DNA from: Gordius albopunctatus
Taxonomy: Eukaryota
Length of the DNA: 64,000 bases
Assembly (NCBI GenBank): GCA_964276515.1
Contig: OZ193910.1
Location: 806,001-870,000 of the forward strand
Direction of reading: 5' to 3'
Part shown: piece by piece, positions 36,979 through 51,500 of the stretch
Position numbering within the stretch: position 1 is the first letter of the stretch
Layout: each line of letters begins with the position of its first letter
Program-made: the position numbers and the translations under genes
The notes under the pieces: generated by a model
The model's input: only the letters and a program-made list of their open reading frames with translations
Told to the model about the DNA's origin: nothing
Database searches by the model: none

Positions 36979-39900
36979 TCATTTCACCTTTCTTATTTAT
37001 GGCAAGCGTGCTAACTAAAATCTTGGTAATTTATACTTGTATAAATGAAATCTTAAGTCCTCGGGGAAAACCATTAGATTACACTCATTTCCCAACAACT
37101 TCTATCTTTAAAAATGGCTCCTTAAATATAGGGGCCCTGTTCAGGCTATACGATTTTAAAACAAATGCCAGAGATATGTGCGGCAAAGAATTGGATGAAT
37201 ACTATTTACTCCTGGCTTACGGCATGATATTTATCATAGATAGTTTCAATAATGGAACTTTGGACATGCTTTATACTTCGCCCAAAAACGTGGAATCGGA
37301 GCTTAAACGAGGACATTATTCAAATTATATGCAAAATTATACACCTAATTTCACTACTACCATTGCTACTGCTAAAAACGCAACCGTTACTACTAATAGA
37401 ACCCATTTATCCATTACTAGATTCGGTGTTAATTTAGGCTATCTTATATTACCAACATGCGACAACCCCGCCACTAGTCAGGTTTATGATTGCCTTGAAA
37501 ATTATTTAACGAAATAGATTTAGTAAATATAAAATAGGCCAAATGAACCATTCTAAGCATTTACAATCAGGATATTATGAGAAGCTACAATGATTTAAAG
37601 AGGGGCGAAATCATAATTACTAGATTTTAGTCATAATTTACTTCAAGCGAATTTAATTATATAAATGTTTTGTTTATTTAAAAATATTAATTCTTTTTTT
37701 ATGTTACAGATTCAAGTGATACGATTAAAGAAAGCACGAGATGAAGGCTGGGTCGTGGTGGGCCTTGTAGGACCTCATTCCAGTAATTTAGCTCAAGTCG
37801 TGTCCCCTTACCTAACCCATTACAAAATACCACACATTAGTCCCACAGCCAACGCGGATACTCTTTACACAAATCCTATGTAATCTTATATATATTTGTT
37901 ATAATTTTATTTAACCAAGAGTAAGTTATTATTGTGGCATGCCACATTCTTTACACGGTAATTTAATAAATAAAATTAATTTATCTTTTCCGCATTTTTC
38001 AAAGATACAAATACATATTTCCAGTCATGAGTAATCGAGGGGATTACACCGGAGCTTTAACAAGTTTGTTCACGCATTTTGACTGGAACATTTACGCCAC
38101 TATATCCAGCACCGATCCATACTTCGAAACTTACAGGCACAACGTGCAGCAAAGGCTGCGTGCTTTAAACGCTTGTGAATTGGCTTTAATTCGCGTGGAG
38201 TTAGATTACAGGAAATCCTGGCATCAAATAGCTATTAATGATAGCTTAACTAAGTTATTATCCCTCACGACTGAGAGACCAATCGTGGTTTGCATGCTCC
38301 TGAACAAATTTCAATACGTGTACGTATTACAACTGATTCGAGCCCTGAACCCGGATCCCCGGTTAATATTTTTAACGGTAGAAAGCTGGCCCGATACTTC
38401 AGAATTGGGTGTAGCTAATCTGCAAGAGCTAGCAACTCGTACCATCTCGCTCTACGAGTTTTATGCGGATGTAAAACCGTTTCTAGAATGGCTACACCTA
38501 TGGCACTCTTCTCTGGTATCTCAACAACCGTGGCTCAATAAAACGGCTACGGCCGGAGCCCTTTATAGGCGCCTCAAGAATGAATATCAAACCACTTACG
38601 GCGACTACAACCACATGCACCTCTCGCTAACCATGTATGCCACCATCTCAATCATTAACGCCTTAGAACTGTTGGCGGTAAACGTGTGTTATCCCGTCGT
38701 CATCAATGAAACTGGTATAGACCCAACTGCAGATGCCCTTTCGGAATTTGATATAATAGTAGTTAGGAAACATTTAATTCAATGTCTGGGTCAGAGCGAT
38801 ATTTACCCCTACTTAATTAAAGTGATCGGAGCTGATGGTACTTGGGCCAAGGATCCAATCACGGGTCGCATTACAGATAAAAAGGTGATACGCGTAGGTA
38901 ACTACAGAGCTTTAAAAAGTGGCGGGCAGTACTCTATAGTACAGGTTGGAACGTATAATGAAACGACGGGTAAATTGATTATAACGAAGCCTTTAGTTAT
39001 TGGTAACATTACTTTCGAGACGGCCCACCAAGCTCCACCCGCTAGATGTAGCGAGCGTTGCAAAGATTATCAATATTTAATACCGAGTGGCAATAAGTGT
39101 TGTTGGAAGTGTGGAACTTGTGACGTGAGGCAAGTTTATACTTCCGATGTGGCTTCGACTTGCCAATCTTGTCCGACCTTAACTTGGCCCATACCCGGAC
39201 CTAATCAATTACCGAGCTTGTATAGACTAGAAGCGCATTACATGATTATCCTAGTGGCTACCCAAAATTTAAAGTAATGCCGCGACTCATCTAATTCTTG
39301 TTAATATTAACGTAAATTTATAACCACTAATTCACGTAACAAAGTTGCATATTTGTGTCATTATAAAATACCTTCAAAGTTTGACAAGTTATTTTCAAGT
39401 TTTTATCTAGGGGTTAAAAAATTTACTGCCCTGAAATTCACTAAATTTAACCTATGAGAATTTTTTTAATTCCTTTATGGTGGGAGTGTTGATCATTGAT
39501 TTTATAATTTCCTACTTCGATTAGCTTTAATCGCATTGGATGGGTTGAGCTAGTATATGAATAAGAGCGCGGCATAATGATAGAATAATTAAAATTTAAT
39601 ACATGTAAAAGAACTTTTTGAGGGATACGTCCGTGCCCTCGTTTGCCTTCCGGGAACAAAATAAAATAAGCAACAAGTTTATTAAATAACAAACTTTATA
39701 GTTAAACATAATATTAGTTGTAGCCCTTGTATTACATATTTCGTTAAAGGGGCATTCCTTCGATGGGTGTAAAGAACCAAAACATAATCAAGAAAAATTG
39801 CTTCCCAATTCCTATCACAAACCTTAATTCTTTGGAGTTTTGGCCTTCAATTTTATACTTCGGCTCCGCCTTGGGAGTTTTAACTTGGTCAGCACTAGCC

Positions 39901-41816
39901 TTGCTCTACTTTTGCAATTACCTTAACATAGTGTTTAAAGTAGAAATTCGTTTTCTCTTCCACCTAAAATATGTGGCTATGCTGATGGGATTTGTGGCAA
40001 ATTTTTTTTCACTGGCCGGGGGTACAATGCTAGAATGCGACCTAGGACAATTCCTCAATTTATCTGGCGTCACCATGATTTTTGCTTGTGTCTTCGCCCA
40101 ATTATATCTTATCTTCAAGCGGGTATCGTCCAGAAAAACGCGTGGCCCCTCTAAACCCGTCAACTTTAAATACTTTATAAGTTGCATCGTTGGTCTGTGC
40201 GCCATTCAAGTAATGTGTTAAATAATTATAAAGGATTCACAGTAACTAATCTCATTAATTCTACCTTTGTTAAATGTAAACGGTTATTTTATAATTTTTC
40301 CACGAATATCATAACAAAGGATTGGCAGTTATTAATTACATTAATGTGTTTAATGATATAGCCTTTTGCATATTAATCAGAACTGAGCAGGGAGATAGGG
40401 TCGTGAGGAATGTTTCATGTCATTAAATTAGCACAATTGTAATTTTAATATTTCATAAATTGAAAAAATTAGTGTAATGCTTTATAAAAAAAGACTATAG
40501 TATATGGTTAAACACTTACGATAATTCTTACCCTTTTCAGGTCATATCTTTCGCCATATTCGTCGTTCTAGACAAATCAAACGTAGTGAGAATGGAACAT
40601 TTCTCTTTCCTCTCCAACAAAACAATCTATAAATCGACCATACTTCAAGACAATAACGAGACTTCTTACAAGCAACTATTTTCCGCTCCTTTAATAGAGA
40701 GAGCGCTATATGCTTGGGAAACGAGAAGTGATAGAAACAAACGTTTGGCGCGAGGAGCCTATAGTAATGTATCAATTCCAAATGGTTCATTTGCAGATGT
40801 TCTTCGTTCCGTAAATAACATGGCTCGCGTTGAGTCATATCACGCCTTACAAAGGATTCAAGCTACGCATAGTGTGAACGGTGGACGACCCGTAGGAACT
40901 GGTTTGCATTTTATAAAGGTAGTTATCGCTGCAGCACAACTAAAGAGTATGAAACATTTCACCGTGCTTACACGATATTATATAGTCGGTATCTAATCTA
41001 ATAATTAAGGGCAAGTTTAAGCGATGAAAGACTCCAGCAGTTTGATTCATTTTAATAATATATTTGAATTTAAGAAGAATAGTAGTTGAATAAGTCCCAA
41101 CGTTTTTCTTAGATTTCAAGCCAAAAGCTACTCCTTTTTATGTTAGCATTTATAGATTTCTTACATTTGGCATCTGATATGATGATTAATTATTCATTTT
41201 AAACCACATTTAGGGTTTAGGTGTAAATTTGAGTCAGTGTAGGCTAAATTTATGTTTCGAAAGTAATATCTTTTGCCTTTTTATTGCCATTACTAATTTG
41301 AGCTTATGCGTTGTTATCAAGGTTTCGGTCCAACAATTTTGCAGTCCCTACTCTACCAACAACCTTTTCCTAACCTTTCAACTAACGTATCAGCTGGTCG
41401 TAGTCTTGTTATGTTTGTTCTACAACCTCAAGATAGGTAGAAATTACGGATTCAACATATTCCAATCCATACGTACTATGAGTTTGTACAAACAATCAAC
41501 CGGCCAAAATCCAATGGCTATTGGTTCGATAATAGAACCGGGACATTCATCGATTAATACAGTTACATCCGCAAATTCAGTTGTTGGTAAAGAAAGGAGT
41601 CAGCGGATATTATGGATTCAATGCAGTACTTATCTCCTAGTTGCCCTCTATACCGTGGGATTGATTGCTTCTCTACTGTTGGGTGGATCCATACAATCAT
41701 TCACCGCCGTCATAATTATATATGTTTGTAATTTGTTTTTCTTCTTCTTAGCCATGCTATCGGATGCGGGTCACAAGATAGTACACCTCATACAAACGGT
41801 CGAAATGCCAGAATGA
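36979..41816 (+). CDS. Class C (glutamate-family) GPCR: Venus flytrap, cysteine-rich domain, 7TM. Exons ~36979-37481, 37710-37879, 38005-39273 (or 39219), 39750-40209, 40541-40918, 41322-41816
   Basis: IGALF, LGYLILPTCD, VVGLVGPHSS, YKIPHISPTA, HFDWNIYATISS, ARCSERC...KCCWKCGTC...CQSCP..TWP...C and seven hydrophobic segments; GT-AG junctions keep the frame. Start codon and exon-3 donor are uncertain. Confidence 0.88.
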
Positions 41817-42501
41817 TACACCTAAACTCTAACCAAACTCCCAAATTAGACTAAAATGTAAAGTCTCTAATCGATAATTCGCATAAGTTGCTAATCGTTA
41901 TGTTAGGTTGGGGACATTCGTATATTTTCAATTTGAATTCTTATGTAACTCAACTCACAAAAGTTTCTGAATCAAATCCCCAACAAATCAAAAATCATCA
42001 TATATGGAAATCGATCCTTAATATTACAAGCTTCATCATATAGTTTCTTAAAAGCTAAAGCTTTCATGGCGATTCAGAAGGGCGAATAAAAAATTTTGAT
42101 CTGACAACAGCTTTTTTGCTATAAAGAGTTTATCCGATTATGATATTAAGAGAGGTTTAACACTCTTGAGGTGCAATAAATGCCAGGCTCGGCAAACCTA
42201 TTTTCCCCATCTTATCCGATAGATGATTCCCTTACAACTTGCTTATATTGTTTAATATAAAGAACTTTATTTTCGTTCTTAGTTCATCATAATTCGTATG
42301 TAAAAACTAAATCAACATTTATAAACGAATGTACAATACATAAATATGTAAGAAGGATATATAAATAATGCGACTTTAAAAATATCAAAACTCATAATAA
42401 CGCCTGTTGTCGACGAGAACTATTGACGGGGCTTTATTTGGTAATTAACTTTTGGTATAGCTTGTGGTTTCACAGTTCAGGCTCCACGTACTTACGCGAT
42501 T

Positions 42502-45500
42502 CTACTTTTCGATTTCGCGGCAGCCCGACATATTGGTACAACTGGTGCCGCTATGCACACCGCTAGATGAAGAGGAATAAGTTGAAGAACCGGATGAAGT
42601 TTGAGACCAACGAGAAGGTAATGACGTTATCGTCCCAGGGGGAGGTTCCTCAAAATTTATGGCGTGAGGGGGTAGAAGGTATGGGTTAAGAGGAGTGAGA
42701 TCGAGTCCTGACTGTTCAGGATTTAAAGGGCAAAGCTGTTCTTCCACTTCACAAGAGGGGCTGGTTGAATCATAAAAATGCGACGCCATTTTGGTTATCG
42801 AGGTTGAGCTTCGACGAATCGTGGTTAAACGCTATGTTTCGCCCAAAAAACAAAATATAATTTTAGGCTAAAATCAATTGGATGCCTAAAATTCATTAGG
42901 AATACAGCCTGATTGACAAAAAGGCGTTTAGAAAATTAGATGAAGGAATAACATAAATAGGATACTATGTTGGTGGAATTAATCAAGATTTCCCCGAAAA
43001 AAGGATATTTCTATATCGATGATCACATAAATCGAATGATTGCAAAAAAGGACGTTGCAATGAGAAGAATGCTCCTTACACCGAGATGGCAGACACACTC
43101 GATCATTAAGTAAGGAGGCGACAGGCTTATGTAAAAATTTACCGAGATAAGAGAGGAATAGTTGTGATTAGAGACCAAAAAAGCCCGATCCGGGCCGATG
43201 TACGAGCTTTCCCACGGGCCTGGTAATTGTCATAAATTTAGATTTTTGGACGGGCCCGGGCGGGCATCTTAACAAGATTCGGGGGATAGGAGCTTAAAAA
43301 TCTTCTTTTATATAGTTTATTAATTGTTTTCGGGTATTATTTTGTCACTTTTATATTTAATTGTATTAATTGCTATGCAAATTATGGGCTCGTTTTTTGT
43401 TATCCGTCGTCCACTAAGTTATTTAAAACGGCTTCATGACCTGAAGGTTGTGGATCGAGACCCGGAGAGGACAAAATTTTTTTATTTTTTTTTAATTAAA
43501 TTAATATTTTGTTCTTGTTAATACCATTGATAATATGACTTTTTGACCGTCCACAGGCTACTGACCAATGAAAATCCCCTCCAAAGGCTTATGTCTCAAT
43601 GTGGGCTTGAATCCCGGCGAACGTTCTAAATTGCTGGTTCGAGACCCGGATAGGACAAAATTTTTTATTTTTTTTTAAATTAAATTAATATATTGTTCTT
43701 GTTAATACCATTGATAATATGACTTTTTGACCGTGTTCTGGCTACTGACCATTGAAAAAATGACCATTGGCCAAATTTTGTTCGAATTTTTTTTTCGTTT
43801 TTGAATTGGTATATTTATATATTAGATATATATATTAGTTGCTATGCAATTTTTATGATTGTTCCTGTTGCTACCATTGCTATTATGACTTTTTAACCGT
43901 CCACTGGCTGCTGACCAATAAAAAAAATGACCATTGGCCAAAGTGAGCATCAAAAATTTTTTTTCCGTTTTTTTGGCTATCATTGACTTATAGAGTATCT
44001 GTTGGTACTGACCAATGGAAAAAAATGACCATTGGCCAAAATGTGAATCGAAATTTTGTTTTTGTTTTTTTTGACTCGTATGTATTATTTATAGACCATC
44101 TCTGGGTACTGACCAATGATTGGCCAATTTTCGTTTTTTTGACTCGTATTTATTTATAGACCGTTGTAATTATCTGAAACGTCGACATTCCCCCCCCCAG
44201 AGATGCATCAAGATTTCAAGGATTTGAAAGATTACGAAGCATCTACTACAATTGCTTGGGTCACCAAAATGTTTTTAGACAAAAAATTTGCGGTTCACTC
44301 AAAATTCGTTAAAGATTTAGAGAAGTATTATGCTGCACAAATTGAATCCCTCAATTTCGAAGAGGAAAATGTAGAGACAGCTAGAAATATCATAAATACA
44401 TGGGTTCTTGACCAAACAGCTTAATTGGCCGTGTTTTATCTGCACCCGTACCTAATAGTTTAAACAGAATGCTATTACTAAACGTTTTTTACTTTAACGC
44501 CAAATGGAAAGTTCCCTTTAAAAAATATTTAACTATTTGGAATGACACCTTTCTCGCTGCTCAAGCAAACATCATAGTCCGAGTACCATCTTATATCAGC
44601 TATTTTACCTATTTTTTATTTAATAGTAATTTAATAAATACATATTTCTCAATGTTAGGCACCTTTTCAAATTAAAAAAATAATATTTGTTATCGCTAAA
44701 TTAATTTTGATAGGTTATTTATTAACCCTAATTAATGCCCCCCAAAAACATACTCTCGAGAACCCGCTTTCCCCAATAGCTACACTGAAATAAAAATAGA
44801 TCGAAAAAACTCTCGAGTACCCCCTTCCCCCAATAAATTTTTAATTTTTCGTTTTTGAATAGTTTAGCATTGATAATTACCCTATGCCCGTCAGTCCAAT
44901 TATTTTGCATTTAATACCCCCCTATAGGCGATCTCGCCCATAAATTGCATAGCAAATATGCTACTTTTATACAGAGTATAGAAGAGTTCCCCCTTCCCTT
45001 CCCCTACTCCCATTCCCCCCTTCCCCTTACCACGAGGGCCGAAGGCCAGAGTTTAATATGTATTGTATTAATCGTAGTTTTTCTCCAAAAAATCGAGAAA
45101 TAAATTGAAATATTTGAAAATATGACAAAAATATTACTAAAAATTTTAAAAATCATCATTTTGGGTCCGGCAGCTCGAATGAATCGTGCATGCCCATGCG
45201 GTCAATTTAGTTATAAAATTGGACCGGACCGAATTTGGGCAGAAAATATTGAAAAAATCTCACATCTGGTTATGATGCCGAAGTTCTTAAATGGGTAAAT
45301 ATCAATGAGGGTCAAGACGGAACCTATGTATTTCAAGGAATGACAAAGAATGGCGTCCCGATATTAGGTCAAATATAAGTATGCCCAAACTCTTTCAAAA
45401 GGATGAAGTTTAGACACAAAGATGCAAAAGCTAATAGGCCAGGTGAATTCCTATGGAGGGGGTAAAAGACTGAATTCTTAAAATGGAGCGCAAGCACGAT

Positions 45501-48500
45501 TACATCCGCACCAACAGAACAAGGAGAGACGTTCAAGAGTGTGACAAATATGGTGGCATTAAGCTATCTTGTCACTCCATGAAGCTTACGATGGAAAGGA
45601 CTAAGGTGGAAATATCAGCGGCTAACCAATTCGTCGGATTTGAGGTCGGTAAATCCACAATCGACCCAATCTTCGCACCGAGGCAAATGATTGATATATA
45701 TAATACTAATAGTATTTTAACCCTTGTAGAGATCGGATCGCACCGAGGATCTACTCCAAGTCTATTTTTATTTAATTATTATTGTAGGGTAACGAAAAGC
45801 CATTTTCTTATTGTATGCTATATTCCATATTTATAAAACAAAACAAAGAGTAATAGAAGAAGAAAGTATTTGAATTGAAGATGGTCCGAAAGTTAACGAT
45901 CAAAGAATGATATAAGTGGAGGAAATGAACGCTACAGACAGCCAATCACTCACTAAATGAATGACCAATCGAAGTGTGTAAAAGTGCACGATTCTACACC
46001 AAAAGAAGGCGCGAAAGAAAAGTTATGCCAGATATGAGAATGATAGGGTGCAGCTTAGGGTATACTAAACTCGACCATATGTATGGCTAAGGTATGGCGG
46101 GCTTGATAAATAAAAATCGACGTAGGTCTTGAAAGGATGGTGAGTGATATAAATCGAAAAATATTGGACACGGAGGTGCCGGGGACGGAGAGAACACGTG
46201 GACAAAATCATTGAAACTAAGAGTGTAATGGCCATTACTCTATCATGACAAAACAAGCTCCACAGTCAAACTAAATACCCGATAAGAGAAGAATAAACAA
46301 AATTCGCAAGATGAAGGACATTCTATCAATGGCCAGGTCGACTAAAGTCAAAAATCATCGGCAATTTAAAATTACACTCGGCAATTAAAGTTTTATTTCT
46401 GGCTTGGTTAAATATAATAACTAATTAACATGTGGCAAAGTTTTTCCAAGTGTCCCCAGTAAAAAATTATGCGACTATGAAGTTAGATATTTTCGCCAAC
46501 TCCACAAAAATCGAAAATAAAAGTGAAAAATTAAACTTACATTAAAATAATATAAAAGTTACCTGAAAACTGGAGAGGGCTTTGCTAGCTAGGTCAACTG
46601 CCCCTAAAAAATAGACAAACGATGAAAAGTGTATTTTTAAAATTCCGCAATACATAAAAACAAAATATATATATCAATGATATTGTCACATAAATCGTGA
46701 CACAACTGGTATGTTCCTTAATTTTGATGATGATTTGAATGATTCGAGGATTTATTGGTGCAATTTTATAGTAATTAAGTTTTATCAGAGTTATAAAATA
46801 TCACAATCTATGAACAAAATAAAAGGTAAAAATCACGAGTTTATGTTGCAGTATTAAAGCTCTATAACTAAAAGATGACCAAACTGATTTCATGTTTTTA
46901 TCGTAGTTAACTTTAAGGTTTTAGCTTTACCAATAACTCCTTGTCGACTGGAGGCCAATTGTTCCGAGTCGAGAGATAATCTTTTATCACTTGGTTCGAT
47001 CCTATAAAGAAAATTTATGATTTATTCAACTTTCGATCGGTATAAAAAAGTAATATGTTTTAATATCAATAAAGTTGTTCCGTTCAGTGATGGCTGATTT
47101 AAGAAATTTGAGCTTGCACCATGCGACTATGCGATAAGTTTAAATTATACAAAAATCTTTGTTGGATTTTGGATTCAATATGAATCAAAACATATTAAAA
47201 GTATATTGAAATAGAAAGTTTCTAGGTGTATAAGAGACTTTAGGGACTTAAATTGAATGTAAAGGTTTGGATAATATAAATGCTAGTTTTAATTTCTAAA
47301 ATTACAGCGAGTTGCAATTCTGGGTCATAATAATCCCACCAGCTATAGAATGGAAAAATGAGACAAGAAAAATTAAAATAACCCCTGAGAAATAATATCG
47401 TCAAAATTAATTATAATTATATTAAATTCTTCTTATGACAAAGAGTGTTCTTCAACTTGCGTAACAAAAGGTGTTTAACACGGACCAATTTAAAACTTGG
47501 CATCTCAAATTACACAGGTCTACAAAAGAATATCGCGCAATAGGACCCATAATTCTAATAGAGAATTTTGCGCTGAAAAATAATCTGTTTTTAGTTTTTT
47601 TCCACAATAACAGTTTTTTAGATATAAGAGGTTGAAGTGCCAAAAATACCCTTTTTAAGCCTTTTTGAGGCTATATTGCAACGGTATTTTTTATATTTAG
47701 TAGTAATATATTCATGTAGATTAAGGTTTCATCTATAGGTCCATTCTTTTTTTTATATCACGCTCAAACCTAAATTTATACGAGTTTGCGTAACTTCGAC
47801 TAACAATTAATCTGAATCTTAAAAAGGTATTGTAGTTTTTTTACTTTGAATCGAGATAAAAACGGGTGGCATGACCCTCATATCGTGTCTGAATGGGTGG
47901 GGTCGTATGGTGGTGATAAGCGTTTGTAAGGTCGCGAATCGAAGTGATCCACAGACTTTTTTGGGAGGGATTAGAACATTTCAAAAAGTGTTGGCCCACA
48001 CTCCCGCAACGAGATGTAGACTTGAGTAGGGCGAAACAACAATTAGCATCAGCCCATTTTGGGACCGCATTGCTCACCAAGGTATCACAAATTTTAACGT
48101 CTCGGCACTTAAAATAATAATAAAATTATTAACAAATAGGGTATAATTTTTGTCGATTTCCTAGACTAATTAATATATAGATTGAACAATAGCTGTTATT
48201 TGCATTAAAACTTATTGAGCAACTTCACCCATTTAGGGTGAGATACAACTGTATGTTATTGTAAATGTTCTACACAGGGTTAACCATGGGCATAGCCAGG
48301 GAAAGGGGGAGAAGGGAGGGAAAGCCGCACCCATGTAAATCCAAAAATTTGTTGAAATTATGGCTAAAATTACGGGGCTAAAATTAGGTAAAGATGATCA
48401 TTTTGCCCCCTACTCTATTTCCAATGCTGGCTACGCTCATGAGGTTAACTATTAACAATGAGCTTCCCAATTTCTTTCATTGAACATAAGTTTTTTGCAT

Positions 48501-51500
48501 TTGTTAAGAGCCTTAGTTTATTGGAATTAGAGGGGGCATTCCTAATTTAGGGGATCATCTATACCTATAATTTTAGCCCCGTAATTTTAATAAATTTTAA
48601 AAAATTTCTGATTTAGAGGGAGGCAGGCGCCCTCCCTGCCTTTCTCTGGCTACGCCCATGATTCAGCATAATAAAAAGCGTTTAAAGTACCTAAGATGGC
48701 GAACACTCATACTCAAACTGTATCAGCTGTTCGCCAGTCTATCATTTATCAGGGGTCATATAGACCCCCGAGAAACAAATGTGCACTCCACTCACCGGTA
48801 ACATATCTTTGAAGGTGTATGTCATGGCGTCGACTTTTTTGAAAATTAAGATGGCGGATTGGAATAAAAACACGTGACGAGTTTTTGCTGCCCGTTTCCG
48901 GTCACATCGAGTCTTGAGAGGGTAAGGGATATGGGAGGAACCGGAAGTGGGCGTTACCCAACAATCCAATTCATCCTCGAGGATTAAATCACCGAAACGG
49001 AGGAGATCTTTTAAAATTCCCCTGGCATCTCGACCTCGGCCCTACACATGCAATATAAAAATCGTAAAAAATAAATTTATGTCGGATTATATTTGATGAA
49101 AAAAAGCAAATAATTCCCCCCATTTAACGTATTAAAATTTGAAAAATATCTTGCTAAAGTGGTAATGGTAACATGATAAAATGCGACAATGTAATAGTTA
49201 AGTTGACTTTTTATGGTCTATCCCACAAATTTACAGTCACTGGCTAGGGTTCAACTGGCAAAATGTTAAAATAGTAGAGTCTGAGTTCAAATTTCGACAA
49301 AGTTTCGAGGTCGTACAAGAAAAAGAGACCAAAAGCCTTTGGTCTGGTTATGTTTAGTCGACAAAACCAAAGGTCGACCTAAGGAGTTTGCACAACACTA
49401 CACTACAAGTTTTAGTTACATAAACCCGTCCCCGAAACTTCCCAAGGTTTTAATACACTTACCCACCTCTTAGTACCATCATTTCGGAATCAATATAATC
49501 TAATTCAACTCAACATGAATGACGTGCAAAAAACCGACAATTTTAGTGAGTATAAACTGAAAACTAGGATTTCAATGGGGGGGGGCAGTGCCCCTTTGAA
49601 TTTTTTTCAATTTTTACCGGCCAATTCAGGAGACCGCGAACAAGGGTTCGTAATTTTTCGTCATTTTCCGCCACTTTTCTCGATTCGTTAATTCGAGCGG
49701 CAACGCCAGACAGATCGGCTAGAGCCGTTCGAACGGCAGATAAAACGTCACGTGATATTCCCGCCTCGATCACGTGTCTCTCCAAGTTCTAAAAGCAAAA
49801 AATGAAAAGTTACGTACAATGTTAAAGGTAGCAAACAGACTTAGTACCATCAAGCCATCAGTAGAGTCTATCGTGAGATGGGCTTCCCTAGCTTAAGGTC
49901 CCTTTTTATTACTGATACCTCCCATATGGCCTAAATCTTAGATAAAATTACTATAAGGCGTGCGTTGTTAATTTTACAGCACCACCATTTGTGCCGTATT
50001 CTAAGCTCGTGAGGCTTAGATTATTTAGGCATGACTGCAGATCACCGCTAGAGACCTGCACCGGCGGCTCGAAGCCTATCTCGGAAAAGCCCGGGTCAAA
50101 ACGGGTTGGGGCCTCAAATTTTGAGGCTCTAAAATTCCGGGCCGGGCCGATTTAACAACGCTCGCCCCATAATAATTTTCTCTAAAATTTAGGACCACAA
50201 GGGAGGACTTAAGTATTAAAAAGGGACCTTACACACTAGAGAAGCACATCTCATGCTAGACTCTTATAATGGTGATGATAATGAGTCTGTTTACTCAGCC
50301 CAAATCTTAAATGACGCGTTGAAAGGATTGGGATTAGAGGGGGGGGCAATAATGATTTATGAGGACCAAAGTGATGCATTTTTCGCAATTTTAGCCCCAT
50401 AATTTGGATAAATTTCAACAAATTTTTTGGATTTAGAGGGGCCGTGTCACTACTCATAAAAGGTTTCCCAAAATCAGATGAATGCCAACCTTAAGTATGA
50501 GGGGGTATTTTAGGATGCGTTGAACGGGTTTGAGGAGGTAAGAAGAGAGTGGGAGGCTGTGTTGTAGGTGGAGTTGACGAGAGCGAACGTAACAACGCAA
50601 TGCTTCGAGTTGTGTGCTATGACTGCCCCCTCCAAATCGCTCTCCGAACCCGGACCCGTCGTACAGTGTGGCGAGGGCTCTGTAAATATATTTTTCAAAT
50701 GAGACCAAAAAAGAGCGGCCCGGCCCGCTGCCAAACCTCATCCGCCCGAACCAAGGGCCGGCGGCCAACTGATGTAATGTTGGATTTTAGGGCGGGCCCA
50801 TGAGGGCAATAGTGTTGTAAGAACGGCTGGGTTTGTATGGTCGACCTTTGGTTTTAGTCGACTAAACATAAGCAGACCACAGGGCACCATAACGAGATTC
50901 GGGCAATTTATGCTTAATCCGATTTTTATGTCTATCTATTTGTTTTCGCACATTTTGGTCATTTTTAATTAGATTGTATAATTATTATAGAAAACATGAC
51001 AAAATTTATTATTTTTCGGGCCGGGCAAGAGTTAGTGCAGTTATAATGATTTGAGCATGACCAAGAGGAAACTTATTAAAAGAGTTGGGACGGGGGCGAT
51101 AATTATAAGACCGGACCGAGTTCCTGAAAAATCTTTAACTAAGATCATGGGTGCAGTCAGCATTGGAGTTAGAGGGGGGGGCATTAATGATTTATGGTGG
51201 GGAAAAATGATTATTTTGCGATATTTTAGCGATTTTTTGGATTAGTACGAACCATAAAAACTATCAACGATAAGCTTAACAGCCGTATATTTGAGGTATT
51301 CAAGGCGGAAAAAAAGGTTTTTCACAATCCTAAGCGCCAGCTTTTTAAAGGTAATTTACTTGGGGTAATTTTGGACATAATATTCGTAGTGTCGCCTGAG
51401 GTCTGCCTTGCTCTCCGAAAAGCAACGCGCCAATTCCGCGAAATTTTCCCGATTTTCTTCCAATTTCCGACGAAACGACCTGCATCAAAATCAATGAATG

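Noticed and set aside
49335..50880. Inverted repeat pair around two RhoGEF exons as exon capture by a transposon
   Set aside because: The TAGTGTTG termini sit on the inner sides (a right end, then a left end), so these are two separate MITE remnants, and the exons are colinear parts of the host gene.
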